From Candidatus Hydrogenedentota bacterium (lineage in GTDB: Bacteria; Hydrogenedentota; Hydrogenedentia; Hydrogenedentales; SLHB01): a DNA stretch of 64,000 bases. A program made the translations under genes and the position numbers. The stretch is taken from NCBI GenBank assembly GCA_963745075.1, contig CAVUWV010000032.1, positions 64,001 to 128,000 of the forward strand, in the 5' to 3' direction. The notes beneath the pieces are model-generated. The model searched no databases, had not been told where the DNA came from, and was given only the letters and a program-made list of their open reading frames with translations. Shown piece by piece: positions 20,312 through 30,858 of this stretch (position 1 is its first letter; each line of letters opens with the position of its first letter).

Positions 20312-22249
20312 TCAAGGTTTGAGTTGGTCTTGGCAGTAGGATTTCAATCGCAGTGAGACGGTGTCGTCGGGAACGGTGGTGAGCACGCGATCGAACTGCT
20401 CCACGGCTTCGCGAAACTGACCGGTTCGCAGGTAGACCTTGCCGAGGTTGCGGCGCGCGACAAGGAAACTGGGGTTCAGTTCGCAGGCCTGTTTCAAGAA
20501 TTCGACCGCTTTGTCGTAGAGTCCGTACTCGGCGGCGGCGCTGCCGAGATTGTTCAGGCCAAACACGTCCCGGCGCGAGAAATGGGCAGCGCGATCGAAG
20601 GCCTCGATGCCTTTTTCCCGATCTCCCTCGTCCAGCAAGGTACGGCCGCGCGCGAAGTTCACGTCGAATAGAATCAACTCCGCAGTCCAATCGCCGTGCA
20701 CGTCCGCTTCATCGAGGGTATGCCAGGTGTATGCGTTCCACGTCGGCGGCTGCGCGACTTCAAAACCCGGCGCCGTGTAGCGGTAGAGGAGGCCCGTGTT
20801 AGCCGTGACCGCATCCTCCACGTTGCGTTTGGCCGTGGTATACACGGGACGTCCGCTGTTGTGCACAAGCCAATCGATGATGATTCGTTCGTCGGCCTCT
20901 GTCGGTCGTTTTGCGAAGGTTTTCGTAACGTCTTCCGGCATGGCGCTGTAGACCTTCTCGATAGGATACCCATACGGATTCGCAACGGTAACGTCCTTCC
21001 GGAGGTGTTCCACAATCTGCAAGTACATGACCGAGAACAGGGCGTGGTCGCTATCGCCGAAATAGATCGCGCCCGGCGCCATCGTGGCCAGCACGTTGCG
21101 CGCGTAGTCGTCCACAAAGTAGTACCGGCTCTTGTCGTCCTGCTGGTAGTGCGTGGCCAGCGGAATCGCTGCGGCCGCAACCGTGAGTAGAATGGCCAGA
21201 ACGCGCTGCAGCACGCGACTCGTCGGAAGCGAGGCAACGTCCGCGACGACGACGCCGATGAAGATAGCGGCAATGACGTAGGCGGGAATCCAGTAGGTGG
21301 TATTGATCCAAATTGCCATGCGGTCAAACCCGAAATTCGGAATCACGATGGCGCCCACACTGAACACTATGAACAGCAGGGTTAAAAGTATGGCGGGACC
21401 GGGACGTTTCCGCAGCAGTAAGACGACGCCAACCACCGCCAACCACCCGATGCCCGGCGTAAACTGTTGCGAATAGATCCCCGCAAACACACGCAACTGC
21501 CCAAGAAATCGCGCGAGGGAACGGGGGCCGTCAGTCATAATAAACGTGTACTGGGCGCGGGTAATGACGTCCCAGAAATTGTCCAGGGTCTGCGGGTTGC
21601 CCCAATCCATGGCGGGGTTCGCCATAGACCGTAGCGGCAGATAGAGGTTCAGGAGCAGCCCGATGCAGACCGCGACAATGGCGCGAATGTACACTCCGAT
21701 GCTTTCCCGGGAGAGCCCGCCCACGGCGAGTACGTAGAACGGCACGACGAGTGCTGCAAGAGCGATGATGTTGTGGTTGCACATCCCCAACCCGAAGCAG
21801 AACCCGCAGGCGATAAGCAACCCGGGGCGCCGTTCATCCTGCCAACGCAGGACAAGCAGGATACACAGCGCCGTAAGATAGGCATTCAGCGAATAGACCT
21901 CCGCGATGACGCTCTGTTCCCAGAACTCGAAGGAAAACGCTAGAGTCAGCCCACCGGCCACGGCGGCCCAGCGGTTGCGCGTTAGCTTGATAAGAATGAG
22001 CGTGACCACATAGACCGTGGCCGCCGAAAAGAAGGCCGACGCCAGGGCTACGCGCCACGCGATGCTATTGAGCGGCACCAGATGGATAAACACGTTGGCC
22101 AGGATGCACCAGAGCGGATACCCGGTGGGATGCGGGATGCCGAGGGTGTACGCGGCGGAGATCAGTTCGCCGCTGTCTTCGCCGGTCACCGTTGGGGCCA
22201 GCGTGCGCAAGTACACCGCCATGGCAGCGACCGCAACAAAAGCCGCCAC
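20312..22249 (-). CDS. DUF2723 (TMEM260-like, GT-C) membrane glycosyltransferase with C-terminal TPR repeats
   Basis: YLRTLAPTV.GEDSGEL, LGIPHPTGYPL, AEVYSLN, DWGNPQT, TPR-like C-terminus. The frame stays open upstream to an ATA at 22315. Confidence 0.85.
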   Translation of the reverse strand: MAAFVAVAAMAVYLRTLAPTVTGEDSGELISAAYTLGIPHPTGYPLWCILANVFIHLVPLNSIAWRVALASAFFSAATVYVVTLILIKLTRNRWAAVAGGLTLAFSFEFWEQSVIAEVYSLNAYLTALCILLVLRWQDERRPGLLIACGFCFGLGMCNHNIIALAALVVPFYVLAVGGLSRESIGVYIRAIVAVCIGLLLNLYLPLRSMANPAMDWGNPQTLDNFWDVITRAQYTFIMTDGPRSLARFLGQLRVFAGIYSQQFTPGIGWLAVVGVVLLLRKRPGPAILLTLLFIVFSVGAIVIPNFGFDRMAIWINTTYWIPAYVIAAIFIGVVVADVASLPTSRVLQRVLAILLTVAAAAIPLATHYQQDDKSRYYFVDDYARNVLATMAPGAIYFGDSDHALFSVMYLQIVEHLRKDVTVANPYGYPIEKVYSAMPEDVTKTFAKRPTEADERIIIDWLVHNSGRPVYTTAKRNVEDAVTANTGLLYRYTAPGFEVAQPPTWNAYTWHTLDEADVHGDWTAELILFDVNFARGRTLLDEGDREKGIEAFDRAAHFSRRDVFGLNNLGSAAAEYGLYDKAVEFLKQACELNPSFLVARRNLGKVYLRTGQFREAVEQFDRVLTTVPDDTVSLRLKSYCQDQLKP

Positions 22250-22338
22250 GGTGTAATCATCCAGATCGAAAGGGCGAACCGGCCGGCCGCCCGGACTGTC
22301 GGATACTTCCTCTATGGTGACTGCCTCCCGCCGCCGGC

Positions 22339-22743
22339 TCAGTTCTTATTCAACCACTGCACGAACTCGATCACGTTGTTGTCGGGATCGGTGAGATATA
22401 CCCATTTCACCAACCCGGCCGTCTCGAAAGGACCGTCCACCACCGGAACCCCGGCGGACGTGGCCCGTTCGAGCAGGTTGTCCATGTCCTCCGTGCCGAG
22501 GGCCAAGTGGGGCGTGTAAGGCGGTTCCACCGCACGTTGGTCCATGGGCACTGGATCCCCTTTGTCATCAAGGAGTTGCAAGAGCTCCAAGTTACCACCC
22601 TCGAGTTCGAGATACGCAAAGGCTTCCCGCATCTCGGGATCCACCTTCTTGAACATGAACTTCAGCCCGAGCTTCTCCGTGTAAAACGCGATCGACGCGT
22701 CAATATCCGACACGCGAAAGGCGAAATGGTCTGACCGGTACAT
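22339..22743 (-). CDS. VOC/glyoxalase family protein
   Basis: DHFAFRVSDIDASIAFY, LELLQ, HLAL, DPDNNVIEF. Confidence 0.92.
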   Translation of the reverse strand: MYRSDHFAFRVSDIDASIAFYTEKLGLKFMFKKVDPEMREAFAYLELEGGNLELLQLLDDKGDPVPMDQRAVEPPYTPHLALGTEDMDNLLERATSAGVPVVDGPFETAGLVKWVYLTDPDNNVIEFVQWLNKN

Positions 22744-22992
22744 AAGTTACTCCCTCCCCGAAGTTTCCGACTCCCGCCGCCGAGCCCGTCCAATGTACCG
22801 GATACGGACGGAAGATGGAAGAAACCACTGCGAATTCTCCCGAAAACGCCTCGTCGCCTTGCATTGGCGTGTCGCATACCCTATGGTTGAAAGCACGCAG
22901 CAAGGTTTTACCACACGGGACCGCCATCCGAATCGGTGGTCGCAGTCACAGGCAAATAGCAATGTAGTCCGACTCATCGGAGGGAAAACTCG

Positions 22993-24537
22993 ATGATCGA
23001 ACTCACCTGTCCCCATTGCGGGCACCAATTGCGCATCCAGTCGAAGTACGCGGGTCGCGAAGGAAAATGCAAGCATTGCCAAGGTCCGATTCTAGTCCCC
23101 AGCACCGCCTCGCTAGCCGTCCCGTCAGAAGACCTTCCGGGCGCGACCTCGCCTCCCCCACCGATGCCTGGCGGTGTCGGGTCGACAGCGCTCGATGATT
23201 TGAATGTCGATGCCAACTGGCAACCGCCGGCCCGGGTTGCCGGTGTGGAGGCAACGCCACAAGAAACGCACAGCCGAGTAGGGTGTTGGTATTGGCTGCT
23301 TGTCGTGTTCTTCACTCCGGGGGCGCTCATCTGGGGAATCCTACTTCCTAAGGGTCACCCGCAGCGAACGGCTGCCATTGTCATCCCTATCCTTATTATG
23401 GTGCTCGTCCCGGTGGCCGCTTTGGCCATCTTCGGCGCGGGATTGCTGGCGCTGAACCAAGTAACGACCATAGAAAGTGACGCCGGCGATCTGGCAATTA
23501 CGCCGTCGAACCTGCAAATCGAGGTGTCGCGCAGTGACTATTCGAAGTTGCAGGCAAACAACCCGGCCGGGCAAGAGAACGCGGTTACGTGGCGGTCGAG
23601 CGATCCCGAAATTGCCAAGGTCGTTGGCAACGCACAGAGCGCGATCGTGTACGGGATGGCGCCGGGAACGGCGACGATTGCCGCGGAAGGCATCATGAGC
23701 GGCGAGCAGGCGACGGCGACCGTGACGGTCGTGCCCGCACAATCTACCGGCGATTCGGCGGCGGAAGATTCCGGTGAATCGGGCGTCACAACGACCGTAG
23801 AGTTCGTGTCCACAGGCCTGCCCTCGTATCCGGGGATGGAATTTGAAACCGCCCCGCACGCCGATAATGCCATGTATCCTTCATTAGGCGTGTCGGACCC
23901 CTCAGCCCTCAAAACCTTCAAGGGCCTCACTTCAGACGACTACGAAACGGTGTCGACCCATTTCTACGAGCATTTGAAAGTACAGGGGTGGGCCATTTTG
24001 AATTCGGGTTACGGCGATCCAAACAAACAAGAATTTTACATGTTCGCACAGCGGGGGAACGAACGTCTCGGCTACGCCACGGGCGCCGAGAACGGGCGGG
24101 TTGCCGTTTACATGACGCTCGCGCAAACCCCTTCAGCGGCGGCAGAACAATCTACACCCGACGCCACAGCGGTAACTCCGGCAAGACCAGCAGCGGGCCA
24201 GAATACGGAGGCCGTTCCTATCGACCGTTTCCCACTCTATGCAGGTCTTCAGTTCACGCCCACCGATACGCCGCCCAACTTCAATGATGTACACGGCGCA
24301 CCGCCTGACTACGTCGCGCTGTACCAGGGTACGGTGGCCGCTGATTACAGGGAAGTTTCCGCCTTTTACAAGAAGCGGTTGGACGAAACTCCGTGGGATC
24401 GAACGGTTTTTACGAAGATGGACGGACCGGACCATTTCTTCATCGTATCCGGGAAGGGAGATGGCGCCCGGTTTGCCATCGAGGGCACGCCGACGGCGAA
24501 CGGTGGAACCTTGCTTCGGTTGGGCTTCTACCACTGA
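22993..24537 (+). CDS. Zinc-ribbon membrane protein with Ig-like (Big_2-like) domain and duplicated extracytoplasmic domain
   Basis: CPHCG...CKHC, Pro-rich linker, TM segments, VTWRSSDPEIAKV/GTATI Ig-like motif, two PxYxG(L/M) repeats. Confidence 0.7.
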   Translation: MIELTCPHCGHQLRIQSKYAGREGKCKHCQGPILVPSTASLAVPSEDLPGATSPPPPMPGGVGSTALDDLNVDANWQPPARVAGVEATPQETHSRVGCWYWLLVVFFTPGALIWGILLPKGHPQRTAAIVIPILIMVLVPVAALAIFGAGLLALNQVTTIESDAGDLAITPSNLQIEVSRSDYSKLQANNPAGQENAVTWRSSDPEIAKVVGNAQSAIVYGMAPGTATIAAEGIMSGEQATATVTVVPAQSTGDSAAEDSGESGVTTTVEFVSTGLPSYPGMEFETAPHADNAMYPSLGVSDPSALKTFKGLTSDDYETVSTHFYEHLKVQGWAILNSGYGDPNKQEFYMFAQRGNERLGYATGAENGRVAVYMTLAQTPSAAAEQSTPDATAVTPARPAAGQNTEAVPIDRFPLYAGLQFTPTDTPPNFNDVHGAPPDYVALYQGTVAADYREVSAFYKKRLDETPWDRTVFTKMDGPDHFFIVSGKGDGARFAIEGTPTANGGTLLRLGFYH

Positions 24538-24720
24538 GCGGCATCCCCCACGCACCGGCCTCGTTTGGGTCCCACAGTGAATCGACCAGAAGAATTGTAG
24601 AACATGCTCTCCATATCGTAGGCTCAAGGTTACGATCGGCAGCCGATACGCGCAGCGGGACGGCACCCGAACATGTGATAACACGCTGCAACGCACTGCG
24701 ACGCTACGGAGGAGAGACCG

Positions 24721-26127
24721 ATGATCGAGATCAACTGTCCTCATTGCGGGTTCGCGTTGCGCATCAAGCCCAAGTATGCGGGGCGCGAGGGGAAGTGTGC
24801 GAAGTGCAACGGGCGGCTCCGCGTTCCCGACCTCGAACCTGCGGTGGAGACGACGCCGCGCGAAATTAGCGTGACGCCGACCCCTCCCGGTCTGGCGCCG
24901 GTATCTACATCGCTGGAAGACCTGCAAGAAGATAACCTTCCCCCCGTCGTCGATCGGGCGCCGGCCGCGACTGTCGCAGGCATTCCGAAACGAGACGACG
25001 ACGGGCCACGCCCCGAATTCGAGTCGACGGCCCTGGACGATCTCGACAAAGTCGAGAATTGGCAGGACGAATGGGAAGGAGCCGAATCGCGCGAGCCCCG
25101 CCCGGCCGGTGCGCGGTTGACCGTATGGTACTGGGTACTCGCAGTCGTGGCAGCGCCCGTCGCGCTCGTTTGGGGACTGGTCCTTCCCCGCAAACACCCC
25201 AAGAAAATGACGGCCATTCTCGCGCCCATCGTAATCCTGGTGGCCGGAGGTTTTCTCGCCTTTACCGTATTCGCAGTCGTCGGTACCGCATTTCACGACG
25301 ATGACTCGGCGAGCGCCGCAGCCAGCGCGGTCACGCCGCAAGTGGCTTCTTCGGGCGCCGTTCCCGCAGCGTCGGAACCGGGACGGCCCCACCAAGGCGC
25401 GCCTGCCGTGCAACGTGTTTCCGTCTACGAGGCCACGGGGCTGCCCACCTATCCCGGGCTGACGTTCAGGCCGGTTTCTCCATCGGAGAACCCCGCTTAT
25501 GTATCGCTAGGCGTCGCCGATCCGTCGACAACCCAGACGTTTTGCGCGATGACAAACGTCAACAACGATGAGATCTGTAAGTCGTTTTTTCAGCAGTTCG
25601 AGGCACAGAACTGGACCATCACCGACTCCGGATACCGGGAGGAGGCCCACGCCACCGTCTTCATTCTCGGAGAAAAGAACGGCGAGAAACTGGCCTATTG
25701 CACGGCGGTGACACGGGAGGGTCTTGCGGTATATATTACCCTCGCGCGTGGCGAGCAGAGTGCCGCAACAACGGAAGGTGCCACGGCTACGGCGCCCATT
25801 GACGAGTTCCCCCATTATCCCGGGCTTACCTTGACGGCAACGTCGTCCGTTCCGGATTACGTCGGGCCGACCGGCCGCAAACCGTATTATCAATCCGCTT
25901 TCGACGGCACGGTGATGGCCACCTTGACCGATGTGGCCGAGTTCTACAAAGACGCCTTGGACGGGGGGCGCTGGAGCTGGAACGACTTCTCGCAACCGGA
26001 CGAGCCGAATCCCCATTTTCTTGCGAAAGGCGGCCGCGGCGATTTCCGGTACGTATTGCAGGGCAAGCCCGTGGCTCGGGGCACGCACGTGGTCCTGGGC
26101 TTCGTGCAACCCGGAACGCCGTTTTAG
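24721..26127 (+). CDS. Zinc-ribbon membrane protein, paralog of the upstream gene
   Basis: CPHCG...CAKC, STALDDL, WYWVL...WGLVLPRKHP, two PxYPGL repeats. GGAG RBS. Confidence 0.7.
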   Translation: MIEINCPHCGFALRIKPKYAGREGKCAKCNGRLRVPDLEPAVETTPREISVTPTPPGLAPVSTSLEDLQEDNLPPVVDRAPAATVAGIPKRDDDGPRPEFESTALDDLDKVENWQDEWEGAESREPRPAGARLTVWYWVLAVVAAPVALVWGLVLPRKHPKKMTAILAPIVILVAGGFLAFTVFAVVGTAFHDDDSASAAASAVTPQVASSGAVPAASEPGRPHQGAPAVQRVSVYEATGLPTYPGLTFRPVSPSENPAYVSLGVADPSTTQTFCAMTNVNNDEICKSFFQQFEAQNWTITDSGYREEAHATVFILGEKNGEKLAYCTAVTREGLAVYITLARGEQSAATTEGATATAPIDEFPHYPGLTLTATSSVPDYVGPTGRKPYYQSAFDGTVMATLTDVAEFYKDALDGGRWSWNDFSQPDEPNPHFLAKGGRGDFRYVLQGKPVARGTHVVLGFVQPGTPF

Positions 26128-26139
26128 GGAAACTTGAAG

Positions 26140-26198
26140 GGACCGTATGGACTCTATGGACCGCAGGGACGCAAGCCTCCATCAAGTCCATACCGTCC
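26140..26198. repeat. Inverted 9-bp-period GGAC/GTCC arrays
   Basis: GGAC at 26140, 26149, 26158, 26167; (C/G)TCC at 26177, 26186, 26195. Confidence 0.7.
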
Positions 26199-26239
26199 AT
26201 GATTTGGTAACTTGAACGGATTGTGGATGCACTCGAAAA

Positions 26240-26273
26240 TTCCCCCTTCGAAGGGGGACCAAGGGGGATGTTC
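26240..26273 (+). repeat. REP-like element TTCCCCCTTNGAAGGGGGANNNAGGGGGATGTTC
   Basis: Same element occurs at 60820-60853 (reverse) and 60952-60985. Confidence 0.8.
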
Positions 26274-26279
26274 TCAGCT

Positions 26280-27671
26280 ATGAAGTATCGAATCGAACGC
26301 GACACGATGGGAGAAATGAAGGTCCCGAGCGACCGGTATTACGGGTGCCAGACGGCGCGGTCGCTGGTGAACTTCAAGATTGGCACGGAACACATGCCGC
26401 GCGAACTTATCCGCGCCATGGGCATCCTGAAGAAAGCGGCGGCGCTGACCAACAAAGACCTGGGGCTTCTTGCCGACGATATCTGCAAGGCGATTTGCGA
26501 GGCGGCGGACGAGGTCATCGAGGGGAAGCTGGACGACCATTTCCCGCTGGTGGTGTGGCAAACGGGCAGCGGCACGCAGACCAATATGAACACCAACGAG
26601 GTCATCTCGAACCGGGCCATCGAGATGCTCGGCGGGGAACTCGGCAGCAAGAAACCGGTCCATCCCAACGACCACGTAAACATGTCGCAGTCGTCGAACG
26701 ACACGTTCCCCACCGCCATGAGCATCGCGGCGGTGGAACAGATTCACCAGCGCCTCTTGCCGGCTGTAGCGGCGCTGCGCGACACGTTGAAGAAGAAGTC
26801 CGAGAAGTTCCAGTCGATTATCAAGATCGGGCGCACGCATCTCATGGATGCGACGCCGCTGACCTTGGGTCAGGAATTCTCGGGATACGCGCACCAGTTG
26901 ACGAACGGGATCGAGCGCATCGAATCCACCCTCCCGAAGCTGGCGGAACTCGCCCTGGGCGGAACGGCTGTCGGCACGGGCCTCAACACCAAGAAGGGCT
27001 ACGACGAAAAGGTCGCAGCAAAGATCGCTGAGTTGACGGGACTACCCTTCAAAACGGCGCCGAACAAGTTTGAATCATTGGCCGCCCACGACGCCATGGT
27101 CATGACCTCCGGCGCGTTGAAGACGCTGGCGTGCAGCCTCATGAAGATCGCCAACGACGTGCGCTGGCTGGCGAGCGGTCCGCGCTGCGGCTTGGGCGAA
27201 CTCATGATTCCCGGAGAACGAGCCGGGCTCCTCCATCATGCCGGGCAAGGTGAATCCCACCCAGTGCGAGGCCGTAACCATGGTGGCCGCGCAGGTCATC
27301 GGGAACGACACTCCGTCAACGTCGGCGGGTCCATGGGTAATTTTGAGTTGAACGTGTTCAAGCCCGTGATTATCCACAACGTGCTGCAGTCGATCCGGTT
27401 GCTGGCCGACGCGTGCGAATCGTTCAACGAACACTGCGCGGTCGGTATCGAACCCAATGAGAAACGCATCGACGTGTTACTACACGAGTCGCTTATGCTC
27501 GTCACAGCACTCAATCGCACGATCGGGTACGATAACGCCGCCAAGATCGCCAAGACGGCCCACAAGAACGGCACGACCTTAAAGGAAGAAGCGATCAATC
27601 TCGGCCTGCTCACCGCTGAAGAATTCGACCAGACCGTGGACCCGACGAAGATGATCGGGCCGAGTGATTAG
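26280..27671 (+). CDS. fumC: Class II fumarate hydratase (compensating frameshifts at about 27210 and 27311)
   Basis: [39 protein letters not shown]. The signature [20 protein letters not shown] is present but in the shifted frame. Confidence 0.95.
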   Translation: MKYRIERDTMGEMKVPSDRYYGCQTARSLVNFKIGTEHMPRELIRAMGILKKAAALTNKDLGLLADDICKAICEAADEVIEGKLDDHFPLVVWQTGSGTQTNMNTNEVISNRAIEMLGGELGSKKPVHPNDHVNMSQSSNDTFPTAMSIAAVEQIHQRLLPAVAALRDTLKKKSEKFQSIIKIGRTHLMDATPLTLGQEFSGYAHQLTNGIERIESTLPKLAELALGGTAVGTGLNTKKGYDEKVAAKIAELTGLPFKTAPNKFESLAAHDAMVMTSGALKTLACSLMKIANDVRWLASGPRCGLGELMIPGERAGLLHHAGQGESHPVRGRNHGGRAGHRERHSVNVGGSMGNFELNVFKPVIIHNVLQSIRLLADACESFNEHCAVGIEPNEKRIDVLLHESLMLVTALNRTIGYDNAAKIAKTAHKNGTTLKEEAINLGLLTAEEFDQTVDPTKMIGPSD

Positions 27672-27689
27672 ATTTGGGCACATGAGTAG

Positions 27690-27717
27690 AAGATGGATTC
27701 CTGCTTTCGCGGGAATG
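27690..27717 (+). repeat. REP-like palindrome AAGATGGATTCCTGCTTTCGCGGGAATG
   Basis: Same family as the inverted pair at 55920-56012. Sits just after the fumC stop. Confidence 0.65.
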
Positions 27718-27802
27718 TACTGTTTTCCATTGGGCGGGCTAGTACGGCAACCCCGTGCCACTCGATGTTGGCTCGTTTCTTTGAGCAGGATTGGAGTTAC
27801 TG

Positions 27803-28246
27803 ATGTCGATCTGGTGCTCTCAAGAGGTCTCGACTGAGTCGCTCAACGCCATGAACCCCGGATCCATTCTGGAGGTGTTGGGCATTGCGTTTACAGGGGT
27901 GGGGGAAGACTTTCTGGAGGCGACGATGCCGGTGGATCATCGGACGGTGCAACCGCTCGGATTGTTGCACGGCGGTGCGAGCGTTGTGTTGGCGGAATCC
28001 TTGGGAAGTGTTGCATCGTACCTCAGCATCGACACCGAGCGGTTTTCGTGCGTGGGGCTGGAGGTCAATGCCAACCATATCCGCGCGGTGCGCGACGGCG
28101 TCGTAACGGGCCGGGTCACGCCGGTTCACCTGGGTCGCTCAACGCATATCTGGGAAATCCGCATCGTTGACGAGCAGGACCGCCTCGTGTCCATCTGTCG
28201 GCTGACCATGGCGATCCTGCCGGCAAGCGCGCAACCTTCAGTCTGA
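27803..28246 (+). CDS. Hotdog-fold thioesterase (MenI/EntH/PaaI-like)
   Basis: MPVDHRTVQPLGLLHGGASVVLAESLGS, VGLEVNANH. Confidence 0.9.
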   Translation: MSIWCSQEVSTESLNAMNPGSILEVLGIAFTGVGEDFLEATMPVDHRTVQPLGLLHGGASVVLAESLGSVASYLSIDTERFSCVGLEVNANHIRAVRDGVVTGRVTPVHLGRSTHIWEIRIVDEQDRLVSICRLTMAILPASAQPSV

Positions 28247-28265
28247 TTTCAACCGCGTCCGTCGC

Positions 28266-29588
28266 TTACAGGTGCCACGGCGCCCGCATGGGCCGGGTCA
28301 GCCGGGCATTGGCCTCGTCGTTATCAATGAACCGCTCGGCCAAGGTGTCCCACTTCACCTTTCGTTGCAGGCGGATCGCGATATCCGAGATATGGCACGC
28401 GATATCGCTTTGCACGGCCGATTCGATGGGGCTGACGGGGTCCTTGCGCGACCGCACGGAATCCAGGAAATTGCGAATGTGGTGATTGCTCTCCGGCAAT
28501 CGGATCATGCCCGTGTTTGCATACTCCGTCGCAATGGACTCGGGACCGGACTTGATATGGCGCCGATCGACGATGACCCAACCGTTCGTTCCTTCGAAGG
28601 CGGTCCCGTGGCCGGTTACCTCGCCGTAGCGTTGCGCCCATTCCTCGGGCGCCGGTTCGGCACGGTAATCGATGGTCAGCCCGCTATCGTATGAGAGCGC
28701 GATCTTCCAGCCGGTGGCCGTGTCGCAGACGCCTTCCGTCGGAAACGTGCCCGTGCCTTCCACCGTCACCGGCGTCTGGGCCATGCTGCCGGCGCCCCAC
28801 AGCGCGATGTCCATGGGGTGAATGCCCCAGCCGGCGATGAAGCCGAGGGCGTAGTCTGAAATGAACCACCACCACTTGTTCGTCTCGCGATCGATCGTGT
28901 ACGGCACCTTGGGTGCAGGACCCAGCCACCGGTCGTAGTCCAGCGTCTCGGGAACGGGTCCCTGTTCCGTTGGGCCCCCGGCGACGCTGGCGGGGGACCA
29001 GACGTTGATCGTGTGCAGTTTGCCGATGCCGCCGTTGCGGACGATTTCGCAGGCTTTCCGGAACTTTTCGTCGGACCGCTGTTGCGTGCCGAGCTGGAAG
29101 ATCCGCCCGTGGTCGCGCACGGCCTTCCGCAACACCTGATCCTGTTCGACGGTAAGCCCGAGGGGTTTTTCGACGTACACGTCCCGGCCGGACCGTACGG
29201 CGGCCAGGGCGAGCAACACGTGCCAGTGATCGCAGGATGCCACCACGCACGCGTCGATATCGTCGCGCCCGAGCAAATCTTCAAAATTGTTGTAGGCAGT
29301 ACAGTCCTGGTTGTCGTAGGTGTCGTTGATCAACTTGACGGCCGCATCGCGGCGATCCCGTTTCACATCGCACATGGCCACCACGTGGGCGTCGGGTTGT
29401 TGCAACGTTGCGCCCAGGAGGTACGTCCCCCGATCGCCGACACCAAGACAGCCCACGGTTATCCGTTCACTTGGAGGGGTTTGCCCGTTCAGCCCCAACA
29501 CGGACGACGGCACGATCAGCGGGGCCGCCCCCGCGGCCAGCGAACGTTTCAGGAAACTGCGTCGAGAGACTCCTCGATTCGAATTCAT
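28266..29588 (-). CDS. Tat-exported Gfo/Idh/MocA oxidoreductase
   Basis: SRRSFLK, GCLGVGDRG, DHWH, VYVEKP, GTQQRS, WLGPAP. Confidence 0.9.
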   Translation of the reverse strand: MNSNRGVSRRSFLKRSLAAGAAPLIVPSSVLGLNGQTPPSERITVGCLGVGDRGTYLLGATLQQPDAHVVAMCDVKRDRRDAAVKLINDTYDNQDCTAYNNFEDLLGRDDIDACVVASCDHWHVLLALAAVRSGRDVYVEKPLGLTVEQDQVLRKAVRDHGRIFQLGTQQRSDEKFRKACEIVRNGGIGKLHTINVWSPASVAGGPTEQGPVPETLDYDRWLGPAPKVPYTIDRETNKWWWFISDYALGFIAGWGIHPMDIALWGAGSMAQTPVTVEGTGTFPTEGVCDTATGWKIALSYDSGLTIDYRAEPAPEEWAQRYGEVTGHGTAFEGTNGWVIVDRRHIKSGPESIATEYANTGMIRLPESNHHIRNFLDSVRSRKDPVSPIESAVQSDIACHISDIAIRLQRKVKWDTLAERFIDNDEANARLTRPMRAPWHL

Positions 29589-29746
29589 GGTTTATCCCCC
29601 ATTCAACGCGAAACGATGAAAACACCACTCCGCTATCCGGCGTTCAACTAAGCCGCACGCCCACCTCAGTATACCCCCCGCTCCCCGTCGAACCTAACGT
29701 GGAAGTGGTGAACGGAATTCACAACTCCAACTGTAGTCCCGGACGC

Positions 29747-30697
29747 CTACGCGTCGTTCTTGCTCCAGACCTGGCGATCGATCATCCCGATGTATTCCGA
29801 CCAAGCCTGGCCCTTGTCGCGGGTCTCGGCAACGAGCCTGGTGAACGCGTCGGTCTGCGCGTCGAGGTTGTCGAGGTGATACAGCACCAGGGCTTCCAGC
29901 GTCTTGGGCACGACGGGCGAGCCGTTGACTATTTCGCCGTGGTGTGAGAGCACGCAGTGGAGCACTTGCAGGCGCAGGGTCTCCGGAAACCCGGAAATCG
30001 CGTCGATTTTGCGCTGCACCATTTCGGTCCCGATGGCCAAATGACCGAGCAGCTTGCCGGGCGTCGTGTAATCCACGAACATTTCCTGGCTGAGTTCCTC
30101 GATTTTGCCGATATCGTGGACCAGCACGCCGGTCAACAGCACGTCGCGATCGACTTGGGGAAAGATTTCACATGCCGCCATGGCGAGACGGGCGATCTCC
30201 GTGCAATGCTGCACCAGCCCGCCGCGATACGCGTGGTGCCATTTCTTGCCCGCCGCGGCGCCGGAGAACTTTTTCACGAATTCCTGGTCGGCGAAAAACG
30301 CGTCCATGAGCTTCCGGAGCCATTCGTTCTGCACGTTGCCCAAGATGGACTGGAATTCCGCGAGAACGCTCGTCGTGTCTTCCGGCGTGAAAACCAGGTC
30401 TTCGAGATTGTATTCCTCTTCCCGCATAGGCAGGACCTGATCGACGCGGATCTGGAGGCGATCCTGATAACTGGTAATGGAACCTCGAACATTGACCACG
30501 TCGCCAATCTCAAAGAGTCGCGCCACCGACGCCGCGTTGTTCCACAGAATGCCGCCGATCTCGCCGGTCTTGTCCTTGAAGACCATGCCCAGGAATTTGC
30601 CGCCTTTCTGCTGATCGCGGAGATCCTTGCGCGTGGCGACGAAGTAATCGTTAACCGTATCGCCCTCTTGGAGCGTTTCCACATATTGTCTTTTCAT
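29747..30697 (-). CDS. yhaM: OB-fold + HD-domain 3'-5' exoribonuclease, YhaM family
   Basis: DKTGEI OB fold, HHAYRGGLVQH, HDIGKIEE, LLGH, LSHHG, LDNLDA. Confidence 0.88.
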   Translation of the reverse strand: MKRQYVETLQEGDTVNDYFVATRKDLRDQQKGGKFLGMVFKDKTGEIGGILWNNAASVARLFEIGDVVNVRGSITSYQDRLQIRVDQVLPMREEEYNLEDLVFTPEDTTSVLAEFQSILGNVQNEWLRKLMDAFFADQEFVKKFSGAAAGKKWHHAYRGGLVQHCTEIARLAMAACEIFPQVDRDVLLTGVLVHDIGKIEELSQEMFVDYTTPGKLLGHLAIGTEMVQRKIDAISGFPETLRLQVLHCVLSHHGEIVNGSPVVPKTLEALVLYHLDNLDAQTDAFTRLVAETRDKGQAWSEYIGMIDRQVWSKNDA

Positions 30698-30858
30698 GTA
30701 TACCCCTTTGTTTAGAGAAGGCTAGAGTATCGGGCATTGGCGGGATCATGCAAGCGGAAAAGTGAATCAGGAATACGGCCGGGACGGTGGCAAAAACAGA
30801 TTCAGGAGAAGTAGCCGTCCGGCGGCGCGATCCGGCGATCCGAAAGACCTGTCGTCCA

